The notes under the pieces: model-generated | Databases searched by the model: none | Seen by the model: the letters and a program-made list of their open reading frames with translations, nothing else | Told to the model about the DNA's origin: nothing | Shown here: one piece after another, positions 24,588 to 30,338 of the stretch | How the letters are laid out: every line of letters starts with the position of its first letter | Position numbering within the stretch: the first letter of the stretch is position 1 | Translations under genes and position numbers: made by a program | Source: a virus | Lineage: Duplodnaviria; Caudoviricetes | Virus record (IMG/VR): IMGVR_UViG_3300019872_000011 | Span: 1-30,338 of that record | DNA: 30,338 nt | Strand: one strand, 5' to 3'

Positions 24588-24962
24588 CTCGTCTCCTTCG
24601 CTCGATCGTGAAACCTAACCAAATCGATGAACGTGCCCCGGGGGTCCCAGAACCCAGTTGAAGAAAGATTCACCTCGGATGCGCATGCGCTCGCGTACGT
24701 ACGCGCGAGGCGTGCGCATCCAACGCATCTACCTGCGCAAACACACAACCTCCTCCTATACAACTTTAGTTCTATTAATAACTGAGATAACTAGGACCCG
24801 GAGGGGTATTTGCAGTGCCTCCGACCAGGTAATATTGATCGGTCCCAACGCCCTGAAACGACTGGACCCGACTAGGACCTACCAGGACCCGACTCCCGTG
24901 TCCGTTTTGTGCCCAATTATCGTCTCGGGTCTCGGTTCGGGACCCCTCGACTCGGACCCGAA
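24588..24962. other. Putative replication origin region
   Basis: Largest non-coding gap, directly downstream of the primase-helicase. Contains GGACC(C/T) repeats, an AT-rich tract and a 45-bp imperfect palindrome. Confidence 0.6.
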
Positions 24963-27404
24963 CTACCGACGTCGCGACCACTGCGGATTCAACTCCAAAC
25001 CATACCGATACCAGACCTTGTTCGTGTCCGTCGCCTCGCGTCGGCGACGCACCTTCTCGAACCCTTTCGCGCTCATCGCGCGACCCCAAGCGGTGAGCGA
25101 AAGGATGTGTCTGGGGTCGCCGTTTTCCTCCATCCAGGCCCGGTAGATCGCGTAGAGGTCGATCGCCGGCTCCGTGTGCTCGGCCCCGAACACGCACGTG
25201 GCGGCGAGGCAGGCGTCCAGGTCCGACATCTCTTCCCGGGCCTCAAGCTCGATCCCGGCCGCCGCTGGGGTGACCTCCCTAAGCCCGTCCTCGCAGTAGG
25301 CATCCCATCCCCGTACCGCCCAAGCGAGGATCGCGGCGCGGCCCTCCGGCGAGCGGAACCGATCGCCTAGCGTGTAGTCAATCTCGTGCTCCGGGATGCC
25401 CACGAGGAAGGGAGCCGCCTTGAGCCGACGCCACAAGGCCTTGTCCGCGCCGGGAATCTGCGGGTAGGAGTTCGTCATCAGCCACGGCGTGAAGGCGGGT
25501 ACGCGCTCCAGGTAGATGTTCGAGTTGAGGCGCCGGGCCGCGACCGGCTCCCCGCCTGTGAAGAGCTTGATGGTGTCGGCATGCAGGTACCACTCGGCGG
25601 ACGCCTCGGCCGCGACGATGAGCCGGCGAGGCAGCGCGTTCACGATGTCGGCGCGGGCGCCCTCGTCCTGCTTGCTCCGCAGGAGCGAGAGGTTGAACGG
25701 ACCGGCGTATCGGCCGATCGCCGACTGGAGCGCGTTGGCAAAGGTCGTCTTGCCCGAGGTCGTCGGCCCCTTCGCGATCACCAGGATTCTCTGGGGGTTA
25801 GCGCCAAACAGAGAATAACCGGCGAGCGTCTGGACCCAGCGCCGATCGCCCTTGTCCGGGAGCACGCGCCCCAGGAACTCCTCCCACCCGGCGTACCGCG
25901 CGTCCTTCTCGTACGGCGTGCCGGTGGAGAGCGTGGCGTAGTCGGCGTGGCGGGTAGGGCGGAACTTCGCCCCGGCCGGCCCGAGTTCAATCACTCCGTT
26001 CGGGCAGACGAGGATGGTAGGATCGGCGTCGAACACGGCAGCGTCCGCGTGCACGCCCCGCATGGCCGACGCCGCCTCGATCATGCTATTGATCTTGCCG
26101 AGGTTGCCCGAGGCCCGGACGAAGGCCAGGAAGGCGTTCTGGATCTTTGGGTCCTCGATGAACGCGGCCTCCGCCTCCATAGCCCGCACGGTCGCGTACG
26201 CCTCGCGCATGATCGCGGCGCCCGTGTCGTCAATCGACCAGAGGCCGGTAGAACTCTGGTAGACAGCCCAGCCGCCCAGGCCGGGTACGTACCGAGCGTC
26301 CGACCCAACACGGGCCAGCAGTCGCTGGGCGTTCCCGATGTCGTCGCGGACGTAGTCGAAAGCGCTTGAACCTTTCCCAGGTTGGCGGGGAGAAGTGCTC
26401 GTTGGCGTACCCAACCCAGCGCCATTGTCGAACGCCTCGCACATGTCCTCCTCTGTTGCCTCGCCTTCGGCCGCGACCTTCTGGACGCCCCGGACTACGA
26501 TCCGTGCCCACTCCTTCTCGGCCGCGCCCTTCTCGCGCCTGGCGGACACGTTGGACAGGAACACCTTACGGAGCTTCCCCAGCGCCTCGACCACGCCGCC
26601 GTGCCCGGCCGCCGCGTCCCCGATGACGCCCCAGGCTCCGTCCCGGGCCATCTCGTGCGCGCCCCCGTCGTCGCCGGCCTTCCGGATCGCGTTGAGCGTC
26701 TTCTGGACCGTCGTCGACATCACGGAGCACGTCGAGAGCTTCCGGGCGTTGAGCCAAGCCCGCACGTCGTCCTGATCCATCTCCTCGTCGGCCGGTCGGT
26801 CTGTCCAGGACTTCCCACCCGTCAGGCCCTCAACCCACTTCGCGGGTAGCTCCGGGATCTCGTCGAACCCTGGTATCTCGTCGGTGACCGTGCGCCCGTC
26901 CGGCGAGATCCAGCGATACGCAACCTTGGTGTCTGGGTGGATCGAGGGGGCGACGACGGCGAAACGATGATCCCAACGAAGGGTCTCGACGCCCGGCCCT
27001 ACCTGCCCCGGCCAAGCGAGGCCGGTGGGGATCTTGAAGAGGGAGATGCCGGACCCGTCGGTCCGGGACGTCGAGGTCCAGGTGGGAGGCAGCGCGCCCC
27101 AATCCTTCTCCGCCTTCGTCATCGTCGCGAGGCCGGTCTTGGAGCCGTACATGTCTGCGTCTATGCCGATGATGTCGCGCGGTAGGCGGAGGGCTATGTT
27201 GCCGGCCGCAAAGGAGAGGTTGCCCGCCCGGCAGCGGGCGGGGCGCGACTTCCGGGTCCAGTCCTTGATCTCCTCCTCGGTAACGTAGGTCCCGCCCGCT
27301 CCAGTGTACCCGTCCGGCGGTGGGGACTTCTCCCGGAAGGGGAGAGGGATAGGCGACCACCCAGCCCGGTAGTAGTCGAGGGCGGCTTGAGCGTATGGGG
27401 TCAC
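24963..27404 (-). CDS. Bifunctional DNA primase/polymerase fused to D5-like SF3 helicase
   Basis: Prim-Pol N-terminus (GWSPIPLP..K, IGIDAD, VVAPSIHPDT), D5_N (DDIGNAQRLL) and Walker A GPTTSGKTT. GTGA-coupled start at 27404. Confidence 0.93.
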   Translation of the reverse strand: MTPYAQAALDYYRAGWSPIPLPFREKSPPPDGYTGAGGTYVTEEEIKDWTRKSRPARCRAGNLSFAAGNIALRLPRDIIGIDADMYGSKTGLATMTKAEKDWGALPPTWTSTSRTDGSGISLFKIPTGLAWPGQVGPGVETLRWDHRFAVVAPSIHPDTKVAYRWISPDGRTVTDEIPGFDEIPELPAKWVEGLTGGKSWTDRPADEEMDQDDVRAWLNARKLSTCSVMSTTVQKTLNAIRKAGDDGGAHEMARDGAWGVIGDAAAGHGGVVEALGKLRKVFLSNVSARREKGAAEKEWARIVVRGVQKVAAEGEATEEDMCEAFDNGAGLGTPTSTSPRQPGKGSSAFDYVRDDIGNAQRLLARVGSDARYVPGLGGWAVYQSSTGLWSIDDTGAAIMREAYATVRAMEAEAAFIEDPKIQNAFLAFVRASGNLGKINSMIEAASAMRGVHADAAVFDADPTILVCPNGVIELGPAGAKFRPTRHADYATLSTGTPYEKDARYAGWEEFLGRVLPDKGDRRWVQTLAGYSLFGANPQRILVIAKGPTTSGKTTFANALQSAIGRYAGPFNLSLLRSKQDEGARADIVNALPRRLIVAAEASAEWYLHADTIKLFTGGEPVAARRLNSNIYLERVPAFTPWLMTNSYPQIPGADKALWRRLKAAPFLVGIPEHEIDYTLGDRFRSPEGRAAILAWAVRGWDAYCEDGLREVTPAAAGIELEAREEMSDLDACLAATCVFGAEHTEPAIDLYAIYRAWMEENGDPRHILSLTAWGRAMSAKGFEKVRRRREATDTNKVWYRYGLELNPQWSRRR

Positions 27405-27622
27405 TGTGGGCTCCCCGTGCACTCGGCGAGGCGGATCAGCCGGGCGACGCGCGCTAGCTCGCGCTCAACCGCGCGCCGGACGAACTCCGACTCATTGCAG
27501 GCGTAGAACCCGGCCGCCACCTTCACCTCCTCCCGCACCTCATCCGGGAGGCGGACGTTGAACCGATCTCCGATCCTCGGCCGGCCTACGGGGCGACGCT
27601 CAGCGGTCGCGGTATCGCTCAT
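27401..27622 (-). CDS. Ribbon-helix-helix DNA-binding protein, 73 aa
   Basis: GRPRIG-DRFNVRLPDE...SEFVRRAVE is an RHH/CopG pattern. RBS GGAG before ATG 27622. Confidence 0.8.
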   Translation of the reverse strand: MSDTATAERRPVGRPRIGDRFNVRLPDEVREEVKVAAGFYACNESEFVRRAVERELARVARLIRLAECTGSPQ

Positions 27623-27668
27623 GTTGTGCTCCAAGTAAACGACGGTCGTAACTCGCGGCCGGGTAAGC

Positions 27669-28172
27669 CTACGCCTGCCCCGGGGTCCATCCCACTCCGT
27701 GCTCTCTGAAGTCCTCCTTTCGCCTCCGCATCCAGGTGAGCGCGTGCCGGACCGCGTCCCGCGCGTGCGGCTTCCCCACCAGGTACTCGTGCGAGTAGTA
27801 GCCCATGTCCCGGAGCCGGTCGTCCGTCACCGTCGTCATGGCCAGCGAGGGATCCTGGGGCCATACCCGCCTCGGTCGGATCGCGTACTGGAGCTTGGCG
27901 TTGAGGCGGACCGGATCGAGGACCGAGGGCTCTGGAAGGAACTTGCGGAGGGTGAAGCGCTCGGAGACAACCTCGGCCGTTTCCCAGTGGGAGCATAGCT
28001 CAACCATCTGGTCGGCCTGGTCGTCGAGGCGTCCGCCGTACTCGCCGGCCGCCCACCACGAGACGTTGGCCGTGATCGGGTAGTCGGCCGACCACATGGC
28101 TACGTCGTGCACTTCGAACACTGCCCAGCCGGTCGTCCCTCCCGGGTCGAACGAGACAACTTGAAACATCAA
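27669..28172 (-). CDS. RuvC-like Holliday junction resolvase
   Basis: VSFDPGGTTGWA, VVSERF and HARDAVRH provide the RNase H-fold acidic catalytic motifs. Confidence 0.8.
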   Translation of the reverse strand: MMFQVVSFDPGGTTGWAVFEVHDVAMWSADYPITANVSWWAAGEYGGRLDDQADQMVELCSHWETAEVVSERFTLRKFLPEPSVLDPVRLNAKLQYAIRPRRVWPQDPSLAMTTVTDDRLRDMGYYSHEYLVGKPHARDAVRHALTWMRRRKEDFREHGVGWTPGQA

Positions 28173-28192
28173 TGGCCCCTCTTCAGTTGCAG

Positions 28193-28223
28193 TGGCCCGG
28201 CGCGTGCAGGGCGCGCCGGGCCA
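28193..28223. terminator. Perfect 12-bp GC hairpin in intergenic gap
   Basis: TGGCCCGGCGCG (28193-28204), 7-nt loop, CGCGCCGGGCCA (28212-28223). No U tract. Confidence 0.55.
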
Positions 28224-28244
28224 GACCTGCGATGAGCCGACCTG

Positions 28245-28811
28245 CTAGGGCAGGTTCAGCAACTTCTTCATGCCACCGAACGCGAGCGAGATCCCGCCGA
28301 CTGTCAGCCCGTAGGCGATCCCGAACTCCTCAGGAGTAGCGGCCGGCAGGAAGAGGTACATGCAGATCAGGTACTGGACGCACCAGAGGAGGACTCCTCC
28401 GGCGACGACTCCGGCACTTCCACTGAGAATGTCACCGATCCTTCGGGGAGCAACCGCTCCGGTGATGCCGCCTCGACGGCGCGCGGCGCGGCTTCCTCGA
28501 TCGGCCCGGACCGGTACATCATGTTGACCAGGTAGATACCCTCCCGGTCGAGCTTCAGTAGCGCTGCCTCGACTGCCCGGATTACCAACTCCCGGGACGC
28601 CTGCTCCTTGCCGGCCGGGACGGATATCCCGGCGCTGACCGCTGCTGGAACGGATGCCATGCTCTCCCCCTATCGTGTCGCCAGCGCCGCGATCGCGAGG
28701 CTGGAACTGAGTAGTGCCGTGACCGCTGCTGCCCAGAGGACGGCTAGCGGTATCCGACCAGGCGCCCGAGGCGTTAGCCGTCGGAGCCGAAACCATCGTG
28801 TCGTCAGACAT
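28245..28811 (-). CDS. Putative membrane protein, 188 aa (or only its 3' part, from ATG 28361)
   Basis: Open frame from an ATG overlapping the upstream stop. Two hydrophobic segments at the C-terminus with gene-like codon usage. Encloses another ORF. Confidence 0.45.
   Translation of the reverse strand: MSDDTMVSAPTANASGAWSDTASRPLGSSGHGTTQFQPRDRGAGDTIGGEHGIRSSSGQRRDIRPGRQGAGVPGVGNPGSRGSATEARPGGYLPGQHDVPVRADRGSRAARRRGGITGAVAPRRIGDILSGSAGVVAGGVLLWCVQYLICMYLFLPAATPEEFGIAYGLTVGGISLAFGGMKKLLNLP
28367..28660 (-). CDS. Hypothetical protein, 97 aa (nested)
   Basis: RBS GGGGGAG. The central part has strong G/C-ending codon bias and an amphipathic helix (RELVIRAVEAALLKLDREGIY). Confidence 0.6.
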   Translation of the reverse strand: MASVPAAVSAGISVPAGKEQASRELVIRAVEAALLKLDREGIYLVNMMYRSGPIEEAAPRAVEAASPERLLPEGSVTFSVEVPESSPEESSSGASST

Positions 28812-29076
28812 CGTAGGTACCGCTCATCCGATCGTCGGAAGCCCGAACGTGGAACTGGTCGATGAACGTAGACCCAGGCTCGGAGCGCGAGACCTTCGCA
28901 CCAGTCGAGGTATCTTCCGAGTGCTTCACCTCGACCTTGTGCGCCCGGCCCATCGACCATGCGACCCATGTTGCCTTCTCCTCAGTCGCGCACACGCAAA
29001 CCTGGCTGCGGTTGAACGCGAAGTCCACCGAGAAGACGGTACGGGCGAGTACCAGAAAGTACTGGATCGGTGTCAT
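28804..29076 (-). CDS. Hypothetical protein, 90 aa
   Basis: ATGA-coupled start at 29076 (MTPIQYFLV...). Confidence 0.65.
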   Translation of the reverse strand: MTPIQYFLVLARTVFSVDFAFNRSQVCVCATEEKATWVAWSMGRAHKVEVKHSEDTSTGAKVSRSEPGSTFIDQFHVRASDDRMSGTYDV

Positions 29077-29918
29077 GATGCCTGCGCCTCGCCTTCGGGT
29101 GCCAGGCTCCGCTCGATCCATTCGCTCATCTCGGCCGGGGCGCCCGGCTCCGCGACGAGGCGGAAGACGCCGTGCGCGTGTAGCGTGCGCCCCACCATCA
29201 CGGCCATGTTCTCGACGACGGTCGACCACACCAGCTGGCACGTCGACTTGGTCACCCGGAGCAGGCGTTCCGCCATCAGCGTCGCGCCTTCGCTGCCCGG
29301 CTCCGGTCCGCGCCCGATCGCGTCCGGGAACTCCTCCATGAGGAAGTTACCCAGGCGCTCAATCTGTCCGGCGAGGTCGTCCCGCTGCTTCAGCGCCGTG
29401 TTCCGCTCCGCGACCATGTAGGCGAAGTCCGCGTTGGTCTGCTTGAGCTCCTCCTTGAGCTTGGCTACCTTCTCCCAAGCGTCCCGCTGGCGCTCAACCC
29501 AGTCCTTGCGGGCCGCCCCGTCTGCCCGTAGCGCCGCGAGCGCACGGTCAATCTGGTCGAGCGCAATCCTTTGCGTGACCTCCGGTCGCCGGTCGCTCGT
29601 GTTTACGCGCTCGGGAAGCTCCGGGCGCGGCCACCGCTCCACCCGGTCGGAGACACGGGCCAGGAACTGGTCTTTGTGCTGATCGGCGATCTCTTGGAGT
29701 TCCCGGGGCATCGGCGCAGTCTCCCAGGGCTCGGAGAGGATTTCGCGGGTCTCCGCCATGGCGGCCCGGATCTCCTCGTCGGTTGCCTCGGGCATGACCA
29801 GCTTTATGTCCCGGGCGATCGCCTCATCCTCGGTCAGGTATGGGGTCTGTGCATGGAAGGCGGCCACGTCCTCCTCCGACATCTGTCCCAAGTCGTTGGT
29901 GTTGTCCGTGTCGCTCAT
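29073..29918 (-). CDS. Coiled-coil hypothetical protein, 281 aa
   Basis: ATGA-coupled start at 29918 (MSDTDNTND...). Acidic N-terminus and central heptad region. Confidence 0.72.
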   Translation of the reverse strand: MSDTDNTNDLGQMSEEDVAAFHAQTPYLTEDEAIARDIKLVMPEATDEEIRAAMAETREILSEPWETAPMPRELQEIADQHKDQFLARVSDRVERWPRPELPERVNTSDRRPEVTQRIALDQIDRALAALRADGAARKDWVERQRDAWEKVAKLKEELKQTNADFAYMVAERNTALKQRDDLAGQIERLGNFLMEEFPDAIGRGPEPGSEGATLMAERLLRVTKSTCQLVWSTVVENMAVMVGRTLHAHGVFRLVAEPGAPAEMSEWIERSLAPEGEAQAS

Positions 29919-30338
29919 GACGCTCCGATCCGGAACTTTGGGTTGGGGAGGAAGGTCCGGTTGGACTGCTTCGCCCACGGGAACGAGCACTGGCCCTCGA
30001 CGTTTTCCCAGCCTTGGAAAGTGCACTTGCGCTCCTTCGATCCGTTGCCAGAGCAGGTAGGGCACGGCTGCACCCGATCCTGCGGGTCCTCGGCCTGCAA
30101 GCTTTCCTTTGCCTCGACGGGCGAGGCCGGTACGCCATCCGGGAAGAGGTAGCCCGACCCCCGGCAGTCGAGGCACAGTGCACCCTTCTCGCACGAGATC
30201 TTGACGTAAGGCTCCAGGAACGGGTGGGCCGCCAGAAGTACCTCGCGCATCTTGCGCATACAGGCGACCATCTCCCAGAGGAACATCGAGCACCCACGGT
30301 AGGCGAAGACGTTGATGAACTCGCGGATGGTGTACTCG
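29915..30338 (-). CDS. thyX: 3' part of ThyX-like FAD-dependent thymidylate synthase (5' end outside window)
   Basis: Frame is open to the window edge. EYTIREFINVFAYRGCSMFLWEMVACMRKMREVLLAAHPFL resembles the ThyX C-terminal R-x-L-xx-F-xxx-R-xxxxx-Q-W-E-I region. The diagnostic RHRxxS motif is not in the window. Confidence 0.62.
   Translation of the reverse strand, partial: EYTIREFINVFAYRGCSMFLWEMVACMRKMREVLLAAHPFLEPYVKISCEKGALCLDCRGSGYLFPDGVPASPVEAKESLQAEDPQDRVQPCPTCSGNGSKERKCTFQGWENVEGQCSFPWAKQSNRTFLPNPKFRIGAS

Noticed and set aside
24356-25197. ORFs crossing the origin-like gap (24356-24763, 24658-25146, 24775-25197)
   Set aside because: Atypical codon usage, no RBS, and overlap with real genes. 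The region looks non-coding.
28189-28230. Hairpins here and at 8926-8962 as possible tRNA or structured ncRNA
   Set aside because: Single stem-loops in short gaps with no cloverleaf or T-loop motif.

Overview
High-GC tailed-phage (siphovirus-like, probably actinobacteriophage) genome segment. About 55 genes are all on the minus strand, tightly packed, and many are coupled by ATGA/GTGA/TGATG overlaps. Reading from high to low coordinates: the 3' end of a ThyX-like gene, hypotheticals, a RuvC-like resolvase, and an RHH regulator coupled to a Prim-Pol/D5-SF3 primase-helicase. A non-coding origin-like tract follows, then about 20 small accessory genes (Cys-rich proteins, tiny membrane proteins, two lipoproteins, a DUF4406-like protein). 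The morphogenesis module comes last: terminases, portal, MuF-like minor head protein, scaffold, cement, major capsid, neck, tail tube, tail assembly chaperone, tape measure and the start of a distal tail gene. Most unusual features: (1) a head-tail stopper fused to a LamG lectin through ten 20-aa repeats, inside an inserted neck cassette; (2) a MuF protein carrying a GrpE-like domain and an HExxH metallopeptidase, plus a coupled immunity-like gene; (3) a +1 (UUU_CGU) rather than -1 tail chaperone frameshift; (4) a DnaJ-type zinc finger inserted in ThyX; (5) a dual-coding nested gene region. No integrase, lysis genes, tRNA or CRISPR array was seen. All family calls come from motif recognition and synteny, not from database searches.
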